Of a stretch of 64,000 nucleotides of DNA, positions 13,963 to 24,797 are shown piece by piece (position 1 is the first letter of the stretch; each line of letters starts with the position of its first letter). The notes under the pieces were generated by a model that was given only the letters and a program-made list of their open reading frames with translations, was not told where the DNA came from and did not search any database. Both the position numbers and the translations under genes were made by a program. The stretch is from assembly GCF_963921235.1 (NCBI RefSeq), contig NC_086108.1, positions 103,542,001-103,606,000 of the forward strand, written 5' to 3'. The stretch is from Mobula hypostoma. Lineage: Eukaryota.

Positions 13963-14301
13963 TTCAGTCTATTGTATGTGTATACATAAAACTCCAATAC
14001 TATAAGGGCAATTACATAGACGGCATTCTCGTTAGAGAAACCCAACATAAGAATGCAGATTACCTATGTTGAAACAGACCTCAAAATAAGTAAACTGTGA
14101 AATTGTGTCTTTAATGGCTCTGGTCCTGTTCCATTGTCACTGGGCCTGTTTTTGCTCGCGTTTAGAAGATGTGGGGGTGGGGGTGGGGGGGGGAATCTCA
14201 ATGAAGCTTGTGGAATATTTAAAGGCCTACATAGAGTGACTGTGCAGAGGATGTTTCATATACTGGGGGAGTCTATTCTGAGGACACAACCTCAGAATAG
14301 A

Positions 14302-14500
14302 AGCAACACACATAAAAGTTGCTGGTGAACGCAGCAGGCCAGGCAGCATCTCTAGGAAGAGGTACAGTCGACGTTTCAGGTCGAGACCTTCCGAAACGTC
14401 GACTGTACCTCTTCCTAGAGATGCTGCCTGGCCTGCTGTGTTTACCAGCAACTTTTATGTGTGTTGCTTGAAATTCCAGCATCTGCAGAATTCCTCGTGG
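14302..14500. mobile_element. Penelope terminal-repeat fold-back insertion with 76-bp inverted arms and 10-bp TSD tcagaataga
   Basis: Arms 14302-14377 and 14393-14468 (2 mismatches); TSD at 14292-14301 and 14501-14510; sits inside an old CR1 3' remnant. Confidence 0.9.
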
Positions 14501-15335
14501 TCAGAATAGAGGGATGTCTCTTTAAAAGAGAGACAAGAAGGAACTTCTTCAGCCAGATAGTGGTGGTAAGGACTATCGAAGTCACTTGTTGCATCTAAAT
14601 ATGAATTAAGAAAAAATTAAGCTGTACCACATGTATTGTAAATATGCGTTTTGCATGGACTGGAGTAGCACTGCAATCTTGTCTTGAGCGATGACAGTAA
14701 AGTGCTATTTTACTTTATGACCATCTGCAGAATTGATGGCCACACATGGCTGTGGAGCTCAAGCCACTGGGTATATTTAAAGCAGAGTTTGATAAGTTCT
14801 TGATTAGTAAGGGTGTCAAAAGTTACTTGGAAGAAGGCAGGAGAAAGGGGCTGAGAAGGAAAATAAGTCAGTCATGATGAAATGGAGGAGCAGAATTGAT
14901 GGGCTAAATAGCCTAATTCTGATCCTATATCTTATAGCTTTATGGTCTTACATTCTTCTGTGAGACAGAACCTGTATATTCCAAGGTCATAAATTTAAAT
15001 CATAACCTTGGCTAAGGTGAGGCATAGATTACAATTATATCAAACCATCCTTTTAATGGTGTAGTTCAGTTATATTGGTACAATCAACCAAATTTCGATC
15101 ATGCCTCTAAAGAGATGCGAGGTAATGTTGTAGTTCGATAAAACTCTGGTTAGACCACATTTGAATTATTATGTTCAGTTCTGATTGCCTCATTATTGGA
15201 AGAATGTGGAAAGTTTAGAGAGGGTGCAGAGGAGATTTACCAGGATGCTGGCCGCCAAACAAGTAAGAGATAGTGTGTGAGTGAGAGTGAGGAGGGGAGG
15301 AGAGAAGAGAGAGAGGAGTGAGGAGTAGGGAGTGG

Positions 15336-15551
15336 GGAGAGGGGAGAGAGAGGGGAGAGAGAGGGGAGAGAGAGGGGAGAGAGAGGGGAGAGAGAGGGGA
15401 GAGAGGGGGGAGAGAGAGGGGAGAGAGAGGGGAGAGAGAGGGGAGAGAGAGGGGAGAGAGAGGGGAGAGAGAGGGGAGAGAGAGGAGAGAGAGAGGAGAG
15501 AGAGAGGGGAGAGAGAGGGGAGAGAGAGGGGAGAGAGAGGGGAGAGAGAGA
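15336..15551 (+). repeat. Polypurine minisatellite (GGGGAGAGAGA)n
   Basis: 11-bp unit, about 20 copies, entirely purine. Confidence 0.95.
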
Positions 15552-16982
15552 GCGCATATATAAATAATATCTTACATATTTATATTTGTTGTGTTTTAAA
15601 TTATTATCTTGTGTTTTTATTCTGTGTTGCATCAGATCTGGAGTAACAATTATTTCTTCTTTCTTTACACTTGTATATTGGAAACTACATTTAAAGAATC
15701 TTTAATCTTTTAGGGGGTGCCTGGCATGTACATGCCAGCTTGCACATGCACACAATTTCTTGTCCACTTTGTCCCTTCCTGGCTACTCACCCCATCCCTT
15801 GCCCATACTGTCAGCTGCAGTCTGGTTACCAGTTGCCAAGCCTGCCTGCACACTTGGCTCCATTCTCATTCCCTAACTCCACCCACAGAGCTAAGCACAG
15901 ACCAGACCTCTGGCTGTGCACTAACCACGATGGCTCCAGGCTCCCGCCATACGCCTAACCAAAGTCCCAAAGCTGACCACAGATCTAACCATGATCACAG
16001 AACCTAGCAGTATATAGCACAGGACAAACCAGCTGGTCTGACCATTCTGTGATAGCATTTATACTATGTTAGTTTCAACCCATTCTGACCCATCCAACCC
16101 CATCTAAACTTTCCTTCACTCTTTCCTCCCACCACCCCCCAACACCATGTGTTCAAGCATCCACAAGCGGAAGCCTCTACTCTAACCATCTTTTTTTTTT
16201 ACCTGAAGTGTATGAAAATAAGGAGAGATTTGAAAGAGTTATGGAAAATTATGAAGTGTACATAGATAGGATAAATGTAAGCAGGGATTTTTCTTTAGTG
16301 CTGGAATATGTGCTGACATTTGCAGGCTGCCCCCAGCACATCCCTGGGTTGTGTTGGTTGTTAACACAAATGACTCATTTCACTTTATGTTTCGATATAC
16401 ATGTGATGAATATATCTGAATCTGAAACACTGAGGTTTGGTGAAATAGAACCAGAGGTCATAGGATAATGGTGGAAGGCAGGGCTATGTACTCGGTCCCC
16501 TCCTTGTATACCCATGACTGTGTCGCCACCCACAGCTCTAATCTGCTAATTAAATTTGCTGACGACACTACATTGATTGGCCTAATTTCAAACAATAATG
16601 AGGTGGCCTACTGGGAAGAAGTTACGCAAACACGAGGAAATCTGCAGATGCTGGAATTTCAAGCAACACACATAAAAATTGCTGCTGAACGCAGCAGGCC
16701 AGGCAGCATCTATAGGGAGAGGTACAGTCGACGTTTGGGGCCGAGACCCTTCGTCAGGACTAACTTAAAGAAGAGCTAGTAAGAGATTTGAAAGTGTTGG
16801 TGGGGGGAGAGATCCGAAATGATAGGAGAAGACAGGAGGGGGAGGGATGGAGCCAAGAGCTGGAAAGTTGATTGGCAAAAGGGATATGAAAGGATCATGG
16901 GACAGGAGGCCTAGGGAGAAAGAAAGGGGGAGGGGGGAAGCCCAGAGGATGGGCAAGGAGTATAGTGAGAGGGACAAGGGAG

Positions 16983-16985
16983 AAA

Positions 16986-17016
<31 letters not shown>
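16983..17016 (+). repeat. (AAAT)n microsatellite inside a Penelope arm
   Basis: Read directly from the sequence. Confidence 0.9.
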
Positions 17017-17434
17017 CGGATGGGGTACGAAGGGGAGGTGGGGCATTAACGAAAGTTAGAGAAGTCAATGTTCATGCCATCAGGTTGGAGGCTACCCATA
17101 TGGAATAGAAGGTGTTGCTCCTCCAACCTGATGGCATAAACATTGGCTTCTCTAACTTCCGTTAATGCCCCACCTCCCTTTCGCACCCCATCCGCTATTT
17201 ATTTATTTATTATTTTAAAAAATTTCCTCTCTCTCCTTTTTCTCCCTCTGTCCCTCTCACTATACTCCTTGCCCGTCCTCTGGGCTTCTCCCCTCCTGTC
17301 CCATGATCCTCTCCTATCCCTTTTGCCGATCAACTGTCCAGCTCTTAGCTCCATCCCTCCCCCTCCTGTCTTCTCCTATCATTTCAGATCTCCCCCTCCC
17401 ACTTTCAAATCTCTTACTAGCTCTTCTTTCAGTT

Positions 17435-17470
17435 AGTCCTGACGAAGGGTCTTGGCCCCAAACGTCGACT
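17435..17470 (+). ncRNA. Hammerhead motif with the GAAA core mutated to CAAA; mirrored at 16726..16761 on the minus strand
   Basis: agtc-ctgacga-agggtcttggccc-caaa-cg-tc-gact; stem I agtc/gact is perfect. Confidence 0.6.
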
Positions 17471-18928
17471 GTACCTCTGCCTATAGATGCTGCCTGGCCT
17501 GCTGCAGTCACCAGCAATTTTTATGTGGGAAGAAGTTATCTCTCAGTGGTGTCAAGATGACAACATCTCCCTCAATGTCACAAAAACAAAGGAGCTGGCT
17601 GTGGATTACAGGAGGAATGGAGTCGGGCTAACCCCTATTGACATCAATGAATCTGGGGTTGAGAGAGTAAACAGCTTTAAGTTCCTTGGCATCCCCATCA
17701 CCAAGGACCTCGTGTGGTCTATACAACCAGCTGCGTAGTGAAAAAGGCATAAAAGTGCCCCTTTCACCTCAGACAGTTGAGGAAGTTTGATATGGGCCCC
17801 CAAATCCTAAGAACTTTCTACAGGGGCACAATTAAGAGCATCCTGACTGGCTGCATCACTGCCTAGTATAGGAACTGTACCTCACTTAATCTCAGGATTC
17901 CGCAGAGAGTGATGCAGACAGCCCAGCACATCTGTTGTTGTGCACTTTCCATGATTCAGGACATTTACAAAGACAGGTGTGTATAAAGGGCCCATAGGCT
18001 CATTGGGGACCTGAGTCACCCCATCTGCAATCTATTCCAGCTGCTACCATCTGGGAAACGGTACCGCAGCATAAAAGCCAGGACCAACAGGCTCCGGAAC
18101 AATTTCTTCCACCAGGCCATCAGACTGATTAACTCATGCTAATTTAAGTGTATTTCTATGTTATATTGACTGTTCTATTTATTATAAGTTACTATGATTG
18201 CACATTTAGACGGAGACGTAACATAAAGATTTTTACTCTTCATGTATGTGAAAGATGTAAGAAATAAAGTCAATTCAATTCAATTTAAGGGAATCCAGGG
18301 TGATGCATGTGTGGAACGAACTGCCAGTGGAAAAGGTGGATGTGGGTTCGATTGCAATATTTAAGAGAAGTATGAATATGTACATGGATGGGAAGGATAT
18401 GGAGGGCTATGGTCCAGGTGTGAGTTGATGGGACTATAACAGTTTGGCACAGACTAGATAGGCCAAAGGATCTATTTCTGTGTTGTAATGTTCTATGCCC
18501 ATTGGAATCACATTTATTATTATCAAATTTGTTATTTTGCAACAGCAGTACAGTGTAATACACAAGATTGACTATAAATGTATATAAAAAGTAAATACAG
18601 AGTGCAAAAAGAGAGCAAAAATAAAGTCAGAAGTTCATTGCCTGTTCAGAAATCTGATGTTAGAAGGGAAGAAGCTGTTCCTAAAATGTTGCGTATGTGT
18701 CTTCCGGTTTCTGTACCTCTCTTCAACACGGATGTGCCACACTATCAGCTCTTTGCTCTAGAAGTGCTCACCCTGTAAAATCCTTCACGTTACTCACATT
18801 TGAAAACATCCTTCTAAGTACTGCATTTTTGCATCTTCAAATGGGCTCCTGATCTATACCTAAAAGCAGTCCATTAGGTATTTTTTAACAGAATGAAACA
18901 TTAATTTAAATAAGAAAAGTGGACATAC

Positions 18929-18997
18929 CTTGCTTTAAAGAAACATGGTTGTTCTTGCCAATCACTATCTTGGTGTTATCGATTGGACCAGGATGCT
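18929..18997 (-). CDS. USP33: USP33 coding exon (69 nt): (E)HPGPIDNTKIVIGKNNHVSLKQ
   Basis: Manual translation; acceptor gttttag|AG, donor CAAG|gtatgt; PGPIDN DUSP motif; phase 1 to 1. Confidence 0.94.
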
Positions 18998-19921
18998 CTA
19001 AAACATGAACAGAATTATATTGGTAATGAATTAGGAAAATATACAAGTTTGTATTTTTAACATGCAATATACTGTCTCACTAGCTGAAAAATTATGTAAG
19101 CAGCACCAAGCAGTTTTCTTAATACTACAGATACATTTTGAAAATGAGTAGCTCTGTATTTTTCTCATCTTATGCAGACTGGCTGCTCTTTTGGGAAAGT
19201 CTGCCGTTCCATAAACATTTTTGACAGAGGTGACAAAATGTGGTACTGGGCTGGTTGGATGACCACCCCCTGTGACTGAATTTCTACTTCACTCCAAGTT
19301 AATCTGCTTGTTCATACCTTGAAGTGGTTCAGAAGCTTACTGAAATTATGTCAGGAATGGGTAGATTGTTTTCTGACGAATGGTTCGCCAATCTAGACAT
19401 GGCAGGGTGAGAGGCAATGTTTGAAACAGAAGATCCCGAGATAACTTGACAGGGTGAAGCACAGAGCATGTTTCCTCCCTCCTTTGAACTTTGAATGAAT
19501 TCCTGCGGGAAAATCCAGCATCAGGTGTCACTGTCTAAAAATAAGAGCTTAACAATTCAGGGCCAGTAAAGTAAAATTTTGTGAGCTTTTGCAACTATTT
19601 TTGTTAAGGGGTGGTGGAAACAGAATCTTTGAACAACTTTAAGGATGTGATGGGTAGGTACTTGATAAGCAAGGGGGGTGGGGTGAAGGATTACTGGAAG
19701 GGGGCAGAAAGGCAGAGGTGATGTGACAACCAGATCAGTCCAAATCCTATTAAATGACACAGCAAGTTTGAGTGTTGGAATGGTGTACTCTTCCTACTAT
19801 CTTGCACGCTTTCAAAACATTCAGCAGCTCAAAAGTAGTGCTTCTGAAAAACACCCACAGATCACTGGTAATAAAAGTGAAAGAAGTGAATTTCACGTTT
19901 TCATCAGCAAGGTACACATAC

Positions 19922-20024
19922 CATGTTCTTTGCCCTTGACAAATCCTTCCCATTCTCTAAACCACTGCATGCTAATACAGTAGATAACTGATGGTGATTC
20001 TTCTTCTTGGAAAGCTTTATTCAA
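19922..20024 (-). CDS. USP33: USP33 coding exon (103 nt): [38 protein letters not shown]2
   Basis: Manual translation; acceptor catacag|TTG, donor CATG|gtatgt; phase 0 to 1. Confidence 0.95.
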
Positions 20025-20164
20025 CTGTATGTTTGAGAAACAGAATTTGCAATCAGCTTATTGATTCACTTCACAAACATGGTAAGGAACTACAGTAAAC
20101 AGTGAATAATCTGCAGCACCGAGTACAAAAGATCTACAAACCATGTAAGGATCTACAAACCATG

Positions 20165-21295
20165 TAATGCTTTTCACAAAGTCAGGATGTCCCAATGCAC
20201 TTTATAGTCGATTAAACACATCTAAGGCATTGTTCCAATTTTGATGTAAGAAACAATGGAGACAATTTGCGTACAGCAAGTTTCTACAGACAGCAAAGTA
20301 ATAATCAACAGATAATCACTTCCAAATGGGTGTTGGATAATTACTGGCCAGAATGACAGGAAAAGGTCCCTCCTTCTTCTTTGGAATAGCAATATACAAG
20401 AACCAGAATCAGATTTAATATCACTGGCATATGTTGTGAAATTTGTTGATTATCCGCAGCTGGACAGTGCAATAAATTATAATAAAATTATAATTTTAAA
20501 ACTTTAAATTACAATAAGAAATATATTTAAAATTAAATTAAGTAGCTTAAAAAGTGGGTAGTTTCATGAGTTCATTGTTTATTCAGAAATCTGATGGCAG
20601 AAAGGAAGAAGTTGATCCTGAAACATTAAGTGTGTGTCTTTAGGCTCCTGTACCTCCTCCCTGATGGTAGCCATAAGAAGAGAGCATTTTCCTAGGTGTT
20701 GGGGGTCCTTGATGATGGATGCTGCCCATTTGAGGTATGACATTTTGAACAGGTCTTCAATATTGGGGCATCCGTTAGTCTTGCGAGACCATGGATCTGC
20801 GCCTGGAAAGTCTTCACTCTCCAGGGCGCAGGGCTGGGCAAGGTTGTATGGAAGACCAGCAGTTGCCCATGCTGCAAGTCTCCCCTCTCCATGAGGTCAA
20901 TGTTGTCCAAGGGAAGGGCATTAGGACCCATACAGCTTGGTACCAGTGTCGTCGCAGAGCAATGTATGATTAAGTGCCTTGCTCAAGGACACAACACGTT
21001 CCCTCGGCTGGGGCTTGAACTCACGACCTTCAGGTCGCTAGTCCAATGCCTTAACCACTTGGCCACTCGCCTATGAAGGAGCTGGCTGAGTTTACAACTT
21101 TCTGTAGCTTTTTCCGATCCTGTGCTGTAGCCCCTCCAAATCAGATGGTATGATCTTTTATTTTCAAGCTGAGGAGACAAACTACTAAACTTCTCATCTG
21201 AAAGGCAGCATCCTGCCTCAACAGCAAGGCTCTGCCTCACTGCTAAGCTGCTGTCTATTTGAGTTGTGTGCTCAGGATTCCAGAGTGGGATGGAA
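20165..21295 (-). mobile_element. Ancient DeuSINE-like element (SacSINE1/AmnSINE1 type), pieces ~20165-20392 and ~21150-21295, split by younger insertions
   Basis: Resembles the recalled Deu-domain reverse complement (caggatgtcccaa.gcacttta...caatttgcg.acagcaag...cagataatc...tggccag). Confidence 0.55.
20763..21071 (-). mobile_element. tRNA-derived SINE with A and B boxes, a CORE-like gtgtccttgagcaaggcacttaa segment, and a 3' part shared with the 58570/61322 family
   Basis: Minus strand ggcgagtggccaagtggttaagg...gagttcaagccc; retains CpGs, so relatively young. Confidence 0.8.
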
Positions 21296-22172
21296 GCACA
21301 CGGAACCCAGGGGGTGCACAAAGTACAAAAAGTAATGAATACAGCCCAGTCCATCACAGGAAAAGCCATCCCCACCATGGAGCACATCTAGGAGCACTGC
21401 TAGAAGAAAGCAGCCTTCATCATCAAGGATCTCCGCCAGCCAGGACATGCTCTCTTCTCGCTGCTGTTCTCAGGAAGTAGCCACAGGAGTCTCAGGACCC
21501 ACACTACCTGTTTCAGCAACAGTATTACCCCTCAACCATCAGGCTCTTCAACCAGTGGGGATAACTTCACTAACCTCAACTCTGAACTGATTCTACAACC
21601 TATCGACTCACTTCAAAGGACTCTGCAACTCATGTTCTCAGTATTATTTATTTACTTATTTAATTATTAATTATTATTTGTTTTATATTTGCGATTTGTC
21701 TTTTGCACATTGGTTGTTTGTCAGTCATTTTGTGCAGTGCTTCATTAATTCTATTGTATTTCTTTGCTTTACAGTGAATGCCTGCAAAAATGAATCTTGG
21801 TGTAGCATATGGTGACATATACATACTTTGATGATAATTTACTTTGCAGTTTTTGAATGAGCCACTGAATAGCAGTCTATTAGCATGAAGCTATGTCCAA
21901 GATGTTTCATGACATGCTTCTTGTAAAAAGGACGCATTTCTGAGTAACGAGATTGGAAAAGGTAAACAATCAAGAAATTAGAGCGAAAGTGGTGAAGCGG
22001 AGAAAATTTCAAGTTCACTGTATGTTTTGATGCACATTTGACAAATAAGCGTTTGGAATAGAGAAGGAAGAAAAAAACAGTTCAAAAGTAAATTGATTAT
22101 CAAAGTACATATACAAATCAGAGATTCATTTTCCTGTGGGCATATTCAATACATTTATAGAATAATAATAAT

Positions 22173-23042
22173 ATGCTCCAACTACCTTTTTTTGGTTTTC
22201 TCAGACGATTTTATGTTTGAATTTGGAGAAAATTAGAAGTAACCTTTATGATTCTTCATTTAAATTTGAACAGATTTGGGGACCTTTTATTCGATATTTT
22301 CATTCAATGTAATATTTACCCTTCTTGTTTTTTTTCACTGTTTTTAATGGAGGTCGGGATTGAGGACGTGATTTTAAGTTTAACTCTGTTTGGTTTCAAG
22401 TTAGCCCATTGCTTTGCTTTGCTTTTAGTTAGTTGCACGGTGGGTTTTTTTTTCTTTTTTTTTCCATTGATATATATAAAATTTAGTATACTATTATGTT
22501 ATCTTGGTTTCTTATGTTTAAATTACATTGTTTGTAGTTTTTTTTTGGTATTGATACCTTTTGGAATTTTATTATACTTTAACATTGTATTAATGTTTAT
22601 ATGGCTTACCTTTTTTGTATACTTATTCAATAAAAAGATTTAAAAAGTAAAAGCCATCTAGATACACTGGAAGGCCCAAGTTTGGAGGCAAGGGCTGGGC
22701 TGATTACGATTGCTCTCCCACAATATTCTTTCCTCTCTCCAGTGGCTATCGTCTCTGCAGTGTTTTCGCAGTGTTTATGATGAATTTGAGATCGAGGCTT
22801 GGGCCTACTACTTGGGCTGCTCCAGGGAGTGAATCTAAGGATTCCATTTGGTTCAGAATGCTGACATTTGCATGATGTATGTGTTTTATTCCTCTTTCTC
22901 TGCACAGAAGCTATGGTCTTTCTTTTTTTAAAATTGGGTTCTTCTGGTTTCTTGTTTTGTGGCTGCCTGTATACATCTCAAGATGTATAATTTATACGTT
23001 CTTTGATAATAAATGTACTTTGATTAATTGATTGAAAAAAAA
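22173..23042 (+). mobile_element. L1-clade LINE 3' fragment (ORF2 C-terminus and T-rich 3'UTR) plus ~390 bp of extra sequence and poly(A), flanked by TSD agaataataataat
   Basis: 22172-22312 encodes PTTFFWFSQTILCLNLEKIRSNLYDSSFKFEQIWGPFIRYFHSM*; AATAAA at 22629 and 23008; TSD at 22159-22172 and 23043-23056. Confidence 0.8.
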
Positions 23043-23239
23043 AGAATAATAATAATAACCATAACAGAATCAATGAAAGACCATAAAAACCAGAAATATT
23101 GGAAGAGAGATCAGTGGACAGAGCTGAAGTGAACAGCAGCTAGCAAGTGTGCAGCAGAGGGCAAGGGGAACTCAGGAGGAAGGAAGATTGGGAAGTGAAT
23201 GGTTTGAAATGATTGCTTCGGTACAAAGGTCCTGGGAAG

Positions 23240-24077
23240 CAAAGATAGAATTGTGAGCAGTTTTGAGCCCCATATCTAAGAGGATATGCTGGCATGGGAG
23301 AGGGTCTAGAACAGATTTGTGAGAATAATCCCAGGAATGGAAGGGTAACATATGAAGAATGTTTGATATCTCTGGGCCTCTATTTGCTGGAGTTTAAAAG
23401 AATGAGGGGAGATCTCGTTGAAACCTATTGAATACTAAAAGGCCTAGATAGAGTGGACGTGAAGAGGACGTTTCCTATAGCGCAGGAATCTCGGACCAGA
23501 GGGCACAGCTTCAAAATACAAGGATACCCCTTTAGAACAGAGCTGAAACAGTGTGGATAACTTCATTCACCTCAACACTAAATTGATTCCACAACCTAGG
23601 GACTCACTTTCAATGACTCTACAGCTCATGTTCTAAAATATTATTTATTTATTTTTGTATTTGAATGGTTTGTCTTGTTATGCTCTTTGGTTGTTAGTCT
23701 TTGTGTGTAGTTTTTCATTGATTCTATTGTATTTCTTTGTACTGTGAATGCCTGCAAGAAAATGAATCCTCAGGGTAGTATATGGTGATATATACATACT
23801 CTGATAATAAATTTACTTTGAACTTTGAGATGAGAAGGAATTTCTTTAGACAGAGTGTGCTGAATCTGTGGAATTTGTTGCCATAGACAGTTGTGGCGGC
23901 CAAGCATTGGGCATATTCAAAGCTGAGGTTGATAGGTTCCTGATTAGTAAGGGTGTCAAAGGTTATTGAGAGAAGGCAGGAGAATGGAGTTGAGAGAGAA
24001 AATAAATCTATGATCAAATAGTGGAGTAGACTTGATGGGCTAAATGGCAAAATTCTGCTTCTAGGTCTTAAGGTCTA
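23240..24077 (+). mobile_element. CR1 3' remnant with a nested Rex1-like 3' tail (~23550-23825)
   Basis: CR1 C-terminal motifs; the tail family recurs throughout the window. Confidence 0.7.
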
Positions 24078-24079
24078 AT

Positions 24080-24797
24080 ACCTGAAAAATTTACAAAAGA
24101 GGGCACTTTTTTTGACGCATTCTCCCTATCACAAATCGAAAGTTTCCCTATTCTGGCAGAGGTGATCCAAAGGGAAACCAGAAAAAATTCCACACTGTCT
24201 CAGGTCTATGTGGCCACCCAAACTGGTTGGAATGTGCAGCAAAATCTCCAGCTCCCCAATTCTTACCAGCCCCATGATGAACTTGCCCTTGATGGAGATT
24301 AATTTATGTAGGAATTGAGAGACGTTGTACCATTAAAGCTGAGAGCTAAAGTGTTGGAAGAGCTACATGCCGGTCATCTATGCATGGACAAAATGAAAGG
24401 ATTAGCTTGAAGCTTTGTCTGGTGGCCTGGGATAGGTCAGCAGATTAAGTAACTTGCCACGCACTATGTGGGATGCTAACATGTCCAGAAGATGTTAAGA
24501 GCAGGGTCTCTCCATCCCTGGGAATGGGCTACATTGCTCTGGCAGAGGATTCATGTTGCATGAGCACAAATTTCTTAGTAGTTGTGGATGCAGCTACAAA
24601 GTGGCCAGAAATGTTTCCAATAGCCTTGCACACTTCACCCTCGCACACCGTTGATGTCTTGAAAAACCTCTTCGCAAAATACGTGAATCGCATATGCGCA
24701 CCTCACTTAAAGTAAAAATGAAGTTAGATAAGCAGTATTGGCTCTCCATGTGTTTTCTTTTCAATTAGTTTTATGTTTTGAAGTTATAAAACATAAT
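24080..24797 (+). mobile_element. Gypsy/Ty3 LTR-retrotransposon relic (integrase zinc finger and start of core, followed by a probable LTR end)
   Basis: VLEELHAGH, FVWWPGI, WQRIH, FLVVVDAATKWPE; stops and frameshifts. Confidence 0.8.

Larger units (their letters stand above)
16625..17525. mobile_element. Penelope fold-back insertion with ~400-bp inverted arms and 13-bp TSD tgggaagaagtta
   Basis: Arms ~16670-17091 and 17120-17526; TSD at 16612-16624 and 17526-17538; interrupts a Rex1-like RT. Confidence 0.9.
16490..18285 (+). mobile_element. Rex1-like LINE RT and 3' end, split by the Penelope fold-back; (caatt)n tail
   Basis: SLYTHDCVA...IKFADDTT before the insertion; QWCQDDNISLNVTKTKEL after it. 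Confidence 0.85.

Noticed and set aside
14302..14468. Possible pre-miRNA or CRISPR-like palindrome
   Set aside because: Explained as a Penelope terminal-repeat fold-back with a TSD; there are no repeat-spacer arrays in the window.
15237..15646. ORFs encoding (GERGER)n or (SLSPL)n proteins
   Set aside because: Translations of the polypurine minisatellite.
20131..20167. gatctacaaaccatgtaa repeated twice
   Set aside because: Simple local tandem duplication with no sign of function.
20995..21071. tRNA-like sequence
   Set aside because: It is a SINE head continuing into a SINE body, not a stand-alone tRNA gene.
22248..22643. 131-aa hydrophobic ORF resembling a membrane protein
   Set aside because: Translation of the T-rich L1 3'UTR.
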